Shown: positions 9,093-18,269 of the stretch, piece after piece | Layout: each line of letters starts with the position of its first letter | Position numbering within the stretch: the first letter of the stretch is position 1 | NCBI GenBank assembly: GCA_964475165.1 | Contig: CAYYVN010000009.1 | Span: 9,348-73,347, forward strand | DNA from: an uncultured Verrucomicrobiota bacterium | GTDB taxonomy: Bacteria > Verrucomicrobiota > Kiritimatiellia > JAAZAB01 | Length of the DNA stretch: 64,000 nucleotides | Direction: 5' to 3' | Notes under the pieces: model-generated | Database searches by the model: none | What the model saw: only the letters and a program-made list of their open reading frames with translations | Told to the model about the DNA's origin: nothing | Position numbers and translations under genes: made by a program

Positions 9093-10516
9093 AGTTCGTT
9101 CTCCGTTTCCGGCAGTGGTTCGCCCCCGCCGAAACTGGCCGATTCCGCATAATTCTCGAAGCGCATAAATTCCTTGAGAAAAGTCAGGTCGATTTCTCCG
9201 ATGGGCCCATTGCGCTGCTTGGCGACAATCAACTGAGCGAGGGTGTCATCCTCAACCTTTTCCTTGGTGTCTTCCTTATAGAGGCTGGGGCGGCGCAGGA
9301 GGCAGACCACATCGGCATCTTGCTCAATGGCGCCTGAATCCCGCAGATCGGCCAGGCGCGGTTTGCCCTCGCGGGCTTCCGGGGCGCGGTTGAGCTGGCT
9401 GAGCACCAAGACCGGCACATTGAGCTCCTTGGCCATATTCTTAAGCGCACCGGAAATAGCCGAGATTTCCGACTGGCGTCCCTCGCGGCGGTGTTCGGGG
9501 GAATTCAAGAGCTGTAAATAATCAATGACGAAGAGGGCAATATCCTCTTTTTTCTTGAGGCGTCGCGCGCGCGCCCGCAGTTCCAGAATATCAAGCCCGC
9601 CGGTATCATCGAGGAAGATGGGCGCCTTCATGAAGACATCGGCGGCCTGGGCCAAGAGCCCGAATTTGGCATCGGTGATGAATCCGCCGGAAATATCATA
9701 GGTGGGGATACGCGCATGGCTGCCCAGGAGGCGTAGGATCAACTGCTCGCGCGACATCTCCAAACTAAAGACCCCCACCGCCCGCGGCTGCTCGGATTTT
9801 CCGAGAGCGACATTGCTGGCGATATTCATGGCCAGCGATGTTTTGCCCATGCTGGGCCGCGCGGCCAGGATGATCATTTCGCCGTTATGCAGTCCCAGCA
9901 GCATGTTGTCGAGGTCTTTGAAGCCGGTGGGGATGCCGCTCAGTCCTTGCTTGGTGCGATGGATGCGGTCGATCGTGGCCATGGTTTCCATGACCCCGGT
10001 TTTCCAGGGGACCATACCGCTGCGCCGTGCGGCCGAGATATTGAAAAAATCCTGTTCGACTTTGGCGAGAATCTGGTCGGCTTCCTCGCTGGAGGTATAG
10101 CAGGTGTTTTCGGAGAGCCGCGCGCAATCCACAATGCGCCGCAGCAGGTTCTGCTGGCGCACGATATCCACATAATACTCGGCATGCGCCGCGGTCGGGG
10201 TGGCATCGAGCAGTTGGTTGAGGAAAGGCAGCCCGCCGACGGCCTCCAGCTTGCCTTGGGCCTTGAGGCGATCGGAGAGGGTCAGGATATCTATCGGGCG
10301 GCGGGTTTCGGCCATATCCAGCATGGCCTCATAAATCGTCTGATGGGCGCGCAGATAGAAGGATTCCGGCCGGATCTGCTGTTCGATGCAGAAATCGAGC
10401 ACCTTCTGCCAATCGAGCAGAATGGAGCCCAGCACGCTTCGCTCAGCTTCTTCGTTATATAGTGGCTTGCGCGCCCCGGCGCCCCGCTGGTTGGCAGCGC
10501 TGCTTTCAGAAGGCAT
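9089..10516 (-). CDS. dnaB: Replicative DNA helicase DnaB.
   Basis: 475 aa. ERSVLGSILLD N-terminal motif, Walker A (AARPSMGKTSLA), and Walker B plus RecA-like motifs (LFVIDYLQLL). Confidence 0.9.
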   Translation of the reverse strand: MPSESSAANQRGAGARKPLYNEEAERSVLGSILLDWQKVLDFCIEQQIRPESFYLRAHQTIYEAMLDMAETRRPIDILTLSDRLKAQGKLEAVGGLPFLNQLLDATPTAAHAEYYVDIVRQQNLLRRIVDCARLSENTCYTSSEEADQILAKVEQDFFNISAARRSGMVPWKTGVMETMATIDRIHRTKQGLSGIPTGFKDLDNMLLGLHNGEMIILAARPSMGKTSLAMNIASNVALGKSEQPRAVGVFSLEMSREQLILRLLGSHARIPTYDISGGFITDAKFGLLAQAADVFMKAPIFLDDTGGLDILELRARARRLKKKEDIALFVIDYLQLLNSPEHRREGRQSEISAISGALKNMAKELNVPVLVLSQLNRAPEAREGKPRLADLRDSGAIEQDADVVCLLRRPSLYKEDTKEKVEDDTLAQLIVAKQRNGPIGEIDLTFLKEFMRFENYAESASFGGGEPLPETENEL

Positions 10517-10518
10517 GG

Positions 10519-10968
10519 TTATTCTCCAACCACCCAGACCTTGAGCGTGGCCTCCACCTCCGGATGCAGGCGGATCTTGATGGAATAGACGCCCAATTCG
10601 CGGATGGGCTCGGCGAGGTGGATCTTGCGCCGATCCAATTCCAGGCCTTGAGCCTGCAGACTATCGGCGATGTTTTGGACGGTGACCGATCCGAAAATCT
10701 TGTCGTTCTCACCCACCTTCACCGGGATGGTGCAGGATATTTTTTCGAGCGCCGCCGCCGTCGCTTGCGCCGCTTCGCGATCCTGTTGTTGACGTAATTC
10801 GCGGGCCAGACGGTTTTTTTCGAGCCGCCTCAAAGCCGCCGCTGTGATCGGCGCGGCCAGCTTGCGCGGCAAGAGGTAATTGCGGGCATAGCCTTCCGAC
10901 ACTTTAACTTTTGCGCCTTCGAGCCCCAAGTTTTCTACATCCGCCATTAAAATAAGTTCGCGTGCCAT
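10519..10968 (-). CDS. rplI: 50S ribosomal protein L9.
   Basis: MARELILMADVENLGLEGAKVKVSEGYARNYLLPRKLA... The start at 10968 fits. The track ORF extends to 11073. Confidence 0.85.
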   Translation of the reverse strand: MARELILMADVENLGLEGAKVKVSEGYARNYLLPRKLAAPITAAALRRLEKNRLARELRQQQDREAAQATAAALEKISCTIPVKVGENDKIFGSVTVQNIADSLQAQGLELDRRKIHLAEPIRELGVYSIKIRLHPEVEATLKVWVVGE

Positions 10969-11120
10969 GAATCTCTCCCTTGCTGGCGCGGGCAGGAACT
11001 CCGGCACCAGCTTAAGAGGGAAGGGATATTCAGCGCCCGGCCGGCTATCGGCGCGGCCGGGGCGCGGGAGCATCCTCTCCGCTCTTGGTTTATTTGCTTA
11101 ACTGTTTCACCAATGCCGCC

Positions 11121-11384
11121 CTAACGCACCAGGCCCAGAGTTCGCGCTCGATGAATGGCCTGTTTTAGTTGACGCTGTTGCTTTGCCGAGGTCCCACTGA
11201 TGCGCCGCGGCATGATTTTACCTTGCTCGGTCATGAATTTTTTCAACAGCTCATGGTCTTTGAAATCGATCTTATCGATGCCTTCCAGGTAACGGGAGCG
11301 TTTTTCCTCCGCGAAGAAGCCGAATTCGCGGCTGAATTTGCTTCTGGATTTGGCGCCGGATTTGGCGGATTTCCTGCGTTTCAC
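11121..11384 (-). CDS. rpsR: 30S ribosomal protein S18.
   Basis: 87 aa. ...[48 protein letters not shown]. Confidence 0.9.
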   Translation of the reverse strand: MKRRKSAKSGAKSRSKFSREFGFFAEEKRSRYLEGIDKIDFKDHELLKKFMTEQGKIMPRRISGTSAKQQRQLKQAIHRARTLGLVR

Positions 11385-11432
11385 ATGGTTCTCCTCTGCT
11401 AAGGCTGCACTCTTGCACAGCGATTAATATTA

Positions 11433-11891
11433 TTAAAAAGGCAGATTATCGGTATCGGCTTTATCATCGCCGGCGGGCTCGGTCTCCAGCGGCTCAGGGG
11501 CGCTTTCCTCGGCCGGCGCCGATTCGCTGGCGCTGCTGGTTTCGGCCCCACTGCGGCGCGGGGCGCGATCCAGAAACTGAATGCGGCTGGCGCTGACGCG
11601 CAGGCGGCTGCGTTTTTCGCCGCTGGCTGTCTCCCATTGATCGTAGCGCAGGGAGCCTTCGATCAGCACCGCCGAGCCTTTCTTGAGGTATTCACCGGCG
11701 GTTTCCGCTTGGCGGCCCCAAGCTTCCACATTCACGAAACAGGTTTCTTCCTTGTTCTCGCCGCTGGGCGTTCGATATTTGCGGCTGATGGCCAGATTCA
11801 AGTCGGCCACGGCCTTGCCGGAAGGGATATAGCGGACCTCGGGGTCGCGCGTTAAGTTGCCGGCTAGAAAGACGCGATTCAAATCAGTCAT
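11433..11891 (-). CDS. ssb: Single-stranded DNA-binding protein.
   Basis: MTDLNRVFLAGNLTRDPEVRYIPSGKAVADLNLA..., followed by a disordered acidic tail ending ...DTDNLPF. Confidence 0.9.
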   Translation of the reverse strand: MTDLNRVFLAGNLTRDPEVRYIPSGKAVADLNLAISRKYRTPSGENKEETCFVNVEAWGRQAETAGEYLKKGSAVLIEGSLRYDQWETASGEKRSRLRVSASRIQFLDRAPRRSGAETSSASESAPAEESAPEPLETEPAGDDKADTDNLPF

Positions 11892-11893
11892 GG

Positions 11894-12241
11894 TTAGGCT
11901 CCTTTCTCGCTGAGCGCCGCGGCCTTGTCATCCGCCAGGGGGGCGGGCGCTTGAGCGGTCGGGGCGCGAAAGAATTGCGCGCGCAAAATATCCGGATTGA
12001 GCTTGAGCCGCTCGCGTAACAGGGCCAGCTGAGCCGGCTGCAAGGTAAAGGTGATCAAGACATAGACTCCGGATTCTTTTTTGCGCAGCGGACGGGCGAA
12101 GGTGGCTCGGCCCATACGCGTCAGGGCCTCCACGCTGCCCTCCAGTTTGACGACTTCGGCGCGCAGCGCTTCGAGGGTTGCTTCCAGCGCCGCCTCATTA
12201 CTGGGCGCGAACAAGATGATCATGCCTTGATATTTTTTCAA
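11894..12241 (-). CDS. rpsF: 30S ribosomal protein S6.
   Basis: MKKYQGMIILFAPSNEAALEATLEAL...GVYVLITF. It begins the rpsF-ssb-rpsR-rplI order. Confidence 0.85.
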   Translation of the reverse strand: MKKYQGMIILFAPSNEAALEATLEALRAEVVKLEGSVEALTRMGRATFARPLRKKESGVYVLITFTLQPAQLALLRERLKLNPDILRAQFFRAPTAQAPAPLADDKAAALSEKGA

Positions 12242-12274
12242 ACCTTCCTCCTCCAGCGGTTCTCGCCGCGGCTT

Positions 12275-12859
12275 TCACTTAGCATTTTCCGTATAGGGCG
12301 CATTATAAACATTCATGGCTTCATCTACGCCCAGAGCAATAATAGATTCGGCTGCCTGCGCGGCCCGTTGGAGCATGGGCTCCATGGCCCGCCGCGCCGC
12401 CGCCGACCAGGGCGCCAGCACATGGCTGGCCAAATCCAGGCCCGGTGCCTGGCGACCGATCCCCAGCCGGATACGGGAGAATCCTTCCCGACCCAAATGA
12501 TCGATCAGCGACTGTAATCCCTTGTGCCCGCCGCTGCCACCTCTGGCCCGGATGCGCAGCTGCCCGACAGGCAGGTCGGCATCATCGGCGATCACCACCA
12601 AGTCCTGGCAATCCAGCCCTTTTTGGCGCAGGATCGCGGCCACCACCGGGCCGCTATTATTCATGAAGGCCAGGGGCTTAACCAACCATACCTGCTGGTC
12701 GCCCAGCCTGCTCTGAGCCATTTGCGCCCCCAAACGCCAGCTGCGCCGTAGACGGCAAGCAGAGCGCTGTGCCAGGAGGTCGATCACCTCAAATCCGGCA
12801 TTATGGGGCGTACGCGCATATTGTCGGCCCGGATTGCCCAATCCTACGATCACCTTCAT
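12275..12859 (-). CDS. pth: Peptidyl-tRNA hydrolase.
   Basis: MKVIVGLGNPGRQYARTPHNAGFEVIDLLA... Confidence 0.9.
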   Translation of the reverse strand: MKVIVGLGNPGRQYARTPHNAGFEVIDLLAQRSACRLRRSWRLGAQMAQSRLGDQQVWLVKPLAFMNNSGPVVAAILRQKGLDCQDLVVIADDADLPVGQLRIRARGGSGGHKGLQSLIDHLGREGFSRIRLGIGRQAPGLDLASHVLAPWSAAARRAMEPMLQRAAQAAESIIALGVDEAMNVYNAPYTENAK

Positions 12860-13019
12860 AAATTTTCAGGCAACCAACTTCCCTTATCGATTTTAACGGC
12901 TTGGACCGGTTGCTCACGCCGCCGGGCGCCAGCAACCAGCCTGAACCCTTAGGCAGTGTAGTGCTAAGGGCAGGATGGCACAAGGCCTTTTTGTGGGGCG
13001 CGTATAAGAGGAGTGCTCG

Positions 13020-13790
13020 CTAAGCTTTAGCGCTCTTATCCTTGCCTTTTTCCTTGGCGGTCGGAGATTTTTCCTTGGCGCCGGCAGCTTTGGGTTCCTT
13101 CTCTTTATCTTCTTTGGCTTCGCTGTCGGCGGCCGCTTCCGTTTCTTTTTCGGCGCCAATAACTTCCGGTTCAGCGGCGCTGGCGGCCTCTTCGGCGGCC
13201 GCTTCCTCTTCCGCCGCCGGCAACTGGACTGAGGCCAGGGCAATATCGCCAGGGGTCAGCAGGGTGAACTTGGCATCCAGCTGCAAATCGCGCACGAAGA
13301 GGCTCTCGCCCACATTCAAAGCGCTAACATCCAGCATGAAGGTCTTCACGATGTCGCCCGGCAGACATTCCACTTCCACCGCTCGCAGCAGATGTTCCAG
13401 CACACCGCCCTGCTGACTGACGCCCACCGGCTCGCCCACGAGGGTGATGGTCACGGCCAGGCGCAGTTTCTGGGTCATGGAGATTTCCTGAAAATCAGCG
13501 TGCAAGGCATCCGCGCCGATGTGATCGCGCTGGATTTCCTTGAGCAGCACTTTGCGCTCGCCTTCCGTCGCGATATCCAGATCCAAAACCAGGTTCTGGG
13601 AGCCATGCTGGCGAATCAGCAGCTCGAAGCCATGCCGATTGACCTGCAGCGGCCGGGCTTGTCCCCGAGTATCGTAGACGATACAGGGCAGCCAGCCTTG
13701 CTGGCGCAGGCGCCGGACGCGGTGGGAGCCAATTATGGTGCGGGCTGAAGCCGCCAATTTAATGGATTCAGATGCGATATGTTTGATCAT
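13020..13790 (-). CDS. rplY: 50S ribosomal protein L25 / general stress protein Ctc, with a K/E/A-rich C-terminal extension.
   Basis: N-terminus ...AASARTIIGSHRVRRLRQQGWLPCIVY... The gene context is pth-ctc-prs. Confidence 0.8.
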   Translation of the reverse strand: MIKHIASESIKLAASARTIIGSHRVRRLRQQGWLPCIVYDTRGQARPLQVNRHGFELLIRQHGSQNLVLDLDIATEGERKVLLKEIQRDHIGADALHADFQEISMTQKLRLAVTITLVGEPVGVSQQGGVLEHLLRAVEVECLPGDIVKTFMLDVSALNVGESLFVRDLQLDAKFTLLTPGDIALASVQLPAAEEEAAAEEAASAAEPEVIGAEKETEAAADSEAKEDKEKEPKAAGAKEKSPTAKEKGKDKSAKA

Positions 13791-13811
13791 GGATGCCTGC
13801 TTTCTCTAACA

Positions 13812-14741
13812 CTAGATTTCGAACAAGGATGATACCGATTGATTGCTGTGGATACGGCGAATAGCCTCAGCCAGCAGATCGGCTACCGATAAAACCTTCA
13901 TCGGGGCCGGGCCATCGGGCACGCGCAGCGGAACACTATCCGTGACGATGAACTCGCGAATGGCAGCGCTGCTCAGGCGCTCAAAAGCCTCGGGGATCAA
14001 AACCGCATGGGTGACCGCCGCGTAAATGTCTTGGGCGCCTTTTTGCTTTAATAGCTCGGCGGCCGCCTGCAGGGTGCCACCGGTGGTCACGAGATCATCC
14101 ACCATGATGGCTGTCCGCCCGGCAACATCGCCGACCATTTGATAACTTTCCACCGAGCGCGGGCTGGTGCGTTGCTTGGCGACAATGGCCAATCCGGAAT
14201 TGAGCATGCGCGAATAAGCATAGGCCATTTTCATGCCGCCGGGATCGGGCGCCACGACCACCGCATTGGAGATCTTTTTTTCGCGCAGATATTTTACCAT
14301 GACCGGGGCCGCACACAGATGATCCACGGGGATATCAAAAAAGCCCTGAATTTGCTGGGCGTGCAGGTCCATGGTCAATAGGCGATGGGCGCCGGCGGCC
14401 ACCAACAGATTGGCCACCAGTTTGGCGGTAATCGGCACGCGCGGCTGATCCTTACGGTCCTGGCGGCCGTAGCCATAAAAGGGCATCACGGCCGTGATGC
14501 GCGCGGCCGAAGAGCGGCGCAGGGCGTCAATCACGATCAGCAGCTCCATGAGGTGCTCGTTGGGCGGATAGCAAACGGGTTGAATCACGAAGACATCGCT
14601 GCCGCGAATGTTTTCCAAGACCTTGACGGAAGTTTCACCATCCGGAAAGCGCGTGATTTGAATGGCGCCCAGGGGGACATCCAGATTACGGACGATGCCG
14701 GCCGCCAGTTTGGGATTCGCGTTGCCTGTAAAAACTTTCAT
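13812..14741 (-). CDS. prs: Ribose-phosphate pyrophosphokinase.
   Basis: MKVFTGNANPKLAAGIVRNLDVPLGAIQITRFPDGETSVKVLENIRGSDVFVIQP... The PRPP-binding motif DDLVTTGGT is present. Confidence 0.9.
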   Translation of the reverse strand: MKVFTGNANPKLAAGIVRNLDVPLGAIQITRFPDGETSVKVLENIRGSDVFVIQPVCYPPNEHLMELLIVIDALRRSSAARITAVMPFYGYGRQDRKDQPRVPITAKLVANLLVAAGAHRLLTMDLHAQQIQGFFDIPVDHLCAAPVMVKYLREKKISNAVVVAPDPGGMKMAYAYSRMLNSGLAIVAKQRTSPRSVESYQMVGDVAGRTAIMVDDLVTTGGTLQAAAELLKQKGAQDIYAAVTHAVLIPEAFERLSSAAIREFIVTDSVPLRVPDGPAPMKVLSVADLLAEAIRRIHSNQSVSSLFEI

Positions 14742-14767
14742 ATGCTCTTCTCTCTTATTGATGGGCG

Positions 14768-14838
14768 TTGCCCGACCAGGACTTGAACCTGGACTCTGGC
14801 CTCCAAAGGGCCGTGTGCTACCATTACACCATCGGGCA
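14768..14838 (-). tRNA. tRNA-Gln, anticodon UUG.
   Basis: Hand-folded cloverleaf. Acceptor stem TGCCCGA/TCGGGCA, D-arm GTGT..GCAC, anticodon loop CTTTGGA, T-arm CCAGG-TTCAAGT-CCTGG. No CCA is encoded. The ends are accurate to about 2 nt. Confidence 0.75.
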
Positions 14839-14926
14839 ATCCGGTTGCCAAGCGCTTACGCGCCACGGCTCCCGCGCGGTTATGCCCTGACCCCAGCCAG
14901 GCCGCCGCCCGGGGCCGCACGCCGAC

Positions 14927-15844
14927 TTACGCCTCGGCCGCCGCCGCCCCGGCCGGGATGACGCGCATCCATAACGGGCAACCCAAGGCAGCGCGCACCC
15001 GCGCGGCCAGTTCATAGCCCTGGGCGCGCGTAGAGACCAGCGCAAAGAGCGTTGGTCCCGTGCCGGATAACAATACCCCTTTGGCCTTTAATTGTGCAAG
15101 CTCCTTATGCATGAGCTTGAGCAGGGGATATTTCTGAAAAACTGTTTTTTGCAGGGCATTGAAGAGCCCCGCGGCGATGAGCTCCAGAGATCCTTCCTCC
15201 AATCCGCGCAAAATCGACGCGAATCTAGCTGGCGGCGCAGGAGAAGTCAAGTCCTCCGTGTAGCGCGTATAAATATCGCCGGTGCTGATACCGAAGCCGG
15301 GATTGATCAGTAAGAACCAGAGTCTCTTGCGGCCCAGCCGCAGCGGCCGAATGCGTTCCCCGCGCCCATTCATCTCCAGGGCGCCGCCATGTACCAAGGC
15401 TGGAATATCGCAGCCCAGGCGCGCGCCAATGGCCATCAGTTCTTTTTGTGTTAGGCCCGTATCCCAGAGCCTGTTCAAGCCCACTAAGACCGCCGCGGCA
15501 TCGGCACTGCCCCCGCCCATGCCTCCGGCAATCGGAATGTTTTTTTTCAAAAAGATCCGTGCCCCACGCCGATAACCGGTCATGGTTTTTAAGAGATGTG
15601 CGGCCCGCCCCGCCAGGTTGTTTTCCAGTGATCCCATGCTGATGGGCCAGGGGATACCCCGAAAACGCGTGGGGTTTTGGGTGAGGACTTCGATAGCGCC
15701 CGGGCCCTGCTCCAGCACGAGTTGATCATAAAGCGCCAGCGGTAGCAGCAGGCTCTTGATATTATGATAGCCATCGGCCCGCTTGCGCAGCACATCCAGA
15801 TATAAATTGATTTTAGCCGGAGCTCTAACCTCTAATCTTTTCAT
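14927..15844 (-). CDS. ispE: 4-diphosphocytidyl-2-C-methyl-D-erythritol kinase.
   Basis: MKRLEVRAPAKINLYLDVLRKRADGYHNIKSLLLPLALYD... GHMP-kinase fold with IAGGMGGGSADAAA. Confidence 0.85.
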   Translation of the reverse strand: MKRLEVRAPAKINLYLDVLRKRADGYHNIKSLLLPLALYDQLVLEQGPGAIEVLTQNPTRFRGIPWPISMGSLENNLAGRAAHLLKTMTGYRRGARIFLKKNIPIAGGMGGGSADAAAVLVGLNRLWDTGLTQKELMAIGARLGCDIPALVHGGALEMNGRGERIRPLRLGRKRLWFLLINPGFGISTGDIYTRYTEDLTSPAPPARFASILRGLEEGSLELIAAGLFNALQKTVFQKYPLLKLMHKELAQLKAKGVLLSGTGPTLFALVSTRAQGYELAARVRAALGCPLWMRVIPAGAAAAEA

Positions 15845-16069
15845 GATCGCTTACCGCCTTTAATGGTTGCCGACGGTTTTATCCGCCAGAAAATCCTAAA
15901 AGTCAAACAGGAAAATAGCGCTCTGGCTATCAGGCGCCGTTGGTTGGCGGCGCATAATCTTAGGATGATCAGGGCTGTGCAGCTTCTTGGCATGATCCCT
16001 GCTCTATAAGATATAGGGAGCTCCCTGCTCAGCCGCTGGTGTTGCTCTTTGAAAAATGTCTCAAAAAAA

Positions 16070-16203
16070 ATACCCTGCCTGGTGCGTGCTGCGCGCCTCA
16101 CGACTCATCCCCATTACGATTAACGAGAGGCTCTCTGAGCCTGATCTTGTTATCAGGGAAACGAGCCCGGCGTAGCCACGGCTTGGTGGGGTATTTTTTT
16201 TTT
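16070..16203 (+). ncRNA. Candidate structured small RNA in a gene-free interval. Its identity is unknown.
   Basis: A ~130-nt GC-rich block is flanked on the plus strand by A8 (16063-16070) and T10 (16194-16203). The 5' end UACCCUGCC pairs with the 3' end GGUGGGGUA in a 9-bp closing helix immediately followed by the U-run. Internal hairpins sit at 16129-16143 and 16138-16155. A weak promoter TTGCTC-N17-AAAAAT lies just upstream. The flanks are symmetric, so the minus strand cannot be excluded. Confidence 0.3.
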
Positions 16204-16464
16204 GGACAGCCAAGCGCCCTTTTGTCTATCAATTTATAAAAAATGCGAAGAATATGGGCTACTGCTTGGTGGATTGCAGCTGAATCTTGATTGACGAGTG
16301 TTATTGGCCGCTTATTATTTCCGGCCAGCCCTTGATCAAGGATCCAGTTTGTTGGCCAACGGCAGGGCTGAGCGCGCGGCCGCGCGGTGTTGAGACGGGT
16401 GCCGCGCCCTTGCTTGCTGAGAGCAGTCCAGTACAATCTGGCTGGTAAGGAAGTTGAGCAGACG

Positions 16465-18207
16465 ATGTTCGAGCCTTTGGATAAGGATCAGATGCGCAAA
16501 GCCGGCTGCGGGGCTGGTGTGCCGCGCGGCTGGCTGATCTCGGCCTGGGTGCTGCTGGGGTTGGCTTACGCGCTTATGCTCTTTCAGCGCGGGCTGATCG
16601 ACCCGGATGAGGGACGCTATGCTGAGATTGCTCGCGAAATGGTGGCTGACGGCGCCTGGCAGGAAATGCGTTTGCTGGGCTATCGCTATTATGAAAAGCC
16701 GCCCTTCACTTACTGGGTGACGGCTCTGGCCATCGCCGGCTGGGGGGCGCACGATTGGGCGGTGCGCGTTCCCCTGCTAGGCAACCTTATCTTGATCTTG
16801 GGATTGTTTTATGGCTTGGCTCGGCGGCATTGGTCGCCGGCCGTCGCGCGCATTGCTCTGCTGGTCTTGGCAAGCCTGGCGGTGTTTTTTGTGGGCTCAT
16901 CTCTGCTGCTGACCGATGGTTTTCTGGTCTGGTGGATTAGCCTGACTTGCGTTTTGCTCTATCGCGCATTTCAGCCGGCTATCCCGGCTGGTCAACAACG
17001 CCTCTGGCTATCCGGGGCCGCCTGTGCGGCGGCCTTGGGATTTTTAACCAAGGGTGCGGTAGCGGTGGTATTGCCGGCGCTGATTATCCTGGTCTGGTTA
17101 TTAGAGGAGGGGCGCGCGCGGGCTTTGATGACTCCAGCGCTGCTCCTGGCGTTGCTCATCCTGGCGGGGCTCTTAAGCCCTTCACTCCTGTGGATTGAGC
17201 GCCATAATCCTGGCTTCTGGCAGGCTTTTGTTTTCGATGAGCATATCGGGCGCTTCCTGGGGAGCCGTATAACGCAATTGCATGCTGAGCCCAGCTGGTT
17301 TTTCCTGGCTCTCTTGCCGCTCTTGCTTTTGCCTTGGAGCCTCTTTGGAGTGCGCGCTCTGCGCTGGAGTTTTTGGCAGCGCGCTTGGCAGACGGATCCG
17401 CTCACGCGTTTTCTGTTGATCTGGAGCTTGGTGGTACTGATCTTTTTTTCGCTGAGCACCGGTAAGCTGATTTCCTATATCCTGCCGGCCGTTCCTCCGC
17501 TGGGGCTGCTGCTGGGACGCTGGGGGCTTGCTCAACCGCGGACTGCTGAAGGGCTCGATAACCGGCTGTGGTATCTGGGCTGGTTTGGCGTATGGCTGAT
17601 GGTCTTGGGGGTTATCCTGCTGCTGCTATTGAGCGCCTTGCACCTGGCGCCGGCCTGGTTGCACCCCATCAAACTTTCCGGCTTGGCCTGGCTGGCGCCT
17701 TTGGGGCTGGCTATATTGCTGGTGCTGTGGCGGCGGGCCTGGCGGCACGGCGGCGGCGCCTTCTTGCTGAGCGCCACGCTCTTCAGCACGGCCGCCCTGC
17801 TGCTTTCGCCGCTGGCCGGCCGCGACTTTCATCTTTTATTGCACACCAATTCCGCCAATGTTTATCAAGCTTTGGCCGCTGAACTGCAGGCCGAGGATCA
17901 GGTGGTGGTGTTTGGGAAATATCGGCCCTCGCTGCCCTTTTATCTGCGGCGTCCGGTGTATTTTTGCTATGGCATGAATGAGCTGCGTCCGGGTATTCTG
18001 CGTGAGCGTCAGCGCCCCGGATATCTCTGGACGCGCCAGGCTATTCACCACTTAATCAGCCTCACGCCCGGGCGCGTCTATGCTCTGGTGGATAGTCAGG
18101 ATTATCAGCCTAAATTTCTGCCCTTGCAATTGAACTTTCGAGCGACAGCTTTGGCGGGCGATGCTCACACCTTGATCCTGGAATTGCTGAGCGCGCCGGC
18201 GGATTAA
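16465..18207 (+). CDS. GT39-family (ArnT/PMT-like) membrane glycosyltransferase.
   Basis: Polytopic membrane protein. ...DEGRYAEIAREMVADGAWQEMRLLGYRYYEKPPFTYWVTALAIAGWG... matches the ArnT/PMT_2 periplasmic-loop signature. ATG at 16465 with AAGGAAG upstream. The track ORF starts at 16387. Confidence 0.65.
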   Translation: MFEPLDKDQMRKAGCGAGVPRGWLISAWVLLGLAYALMLFQRGLIDPDEGRYAEIAREMVADGAWQEMRLLGYRYYEKPPFTYWVTALAIAGWGAHDWAVRVPLLGNLILILGLFYGLARRHWSPAVARIALLVLASLAVFFVGSSLLLTDGFLVWWISLTCVLLYRAFQPAIPAGQQRLWLSGAACAAALGFLTKGAVAVVLPALIILVWLLEEGRARALMTPALLLALLILAGLLSPSLLWIERHNPGFWQAFVFDEHIGRFLGSRITQLHAEPSWFFLALLPLLLLPWSLFGVRALRWSFWQRAWQTDPLTRFLLIWSLVVLIFFSLSTGKLISYILPAVPPLGLLLGRWGLAQPRTAEGLDNRLWYLGWFGVWLMVLGVILLLLLSALHLAPAWLHPIKLSGLAWLAPLGLAILLVLWRRAWRHGGGAFLLSATLFSTAALLLSPLAGRDFHLLLHTNSANVYQALAAELQAEDQVVVFGKYRPSLPFYLRRPVYFCYGMNELRPGILRERQRPGYLWTRQAIHHLISLTPGRVYALVDSQDYQPKFLPLQLNFRATALAGDAHTLILELLSAPAD

Positions 18208-18269
18208 GCTTGCCTTTGGGTTAGAGATGTGTTTCCATCCGCATGCAGTGGGCCGGAGAAGCTGATTTC

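Noticed and set aside
12960-13005. Hairpin GGCACAAGGCC...TTGTG downstream of ctc as an intrinsic terminator.
   Set aside because: The stem is short (5 bp) and no U-run follows on the transcribed (minus) strand.
16063-16203. Assigning the candidate sRNA to 6S, SRP (4.5S), tmRNA or RNase P RNA.
   Set aside because: There is no GNRA-capped helix-8-like motif with AGCAG/CAGG loops and no tRNA-like end. The length, ~130 nt, is too short for 6S or RNase P. I kept it only as an unclassified candidate.
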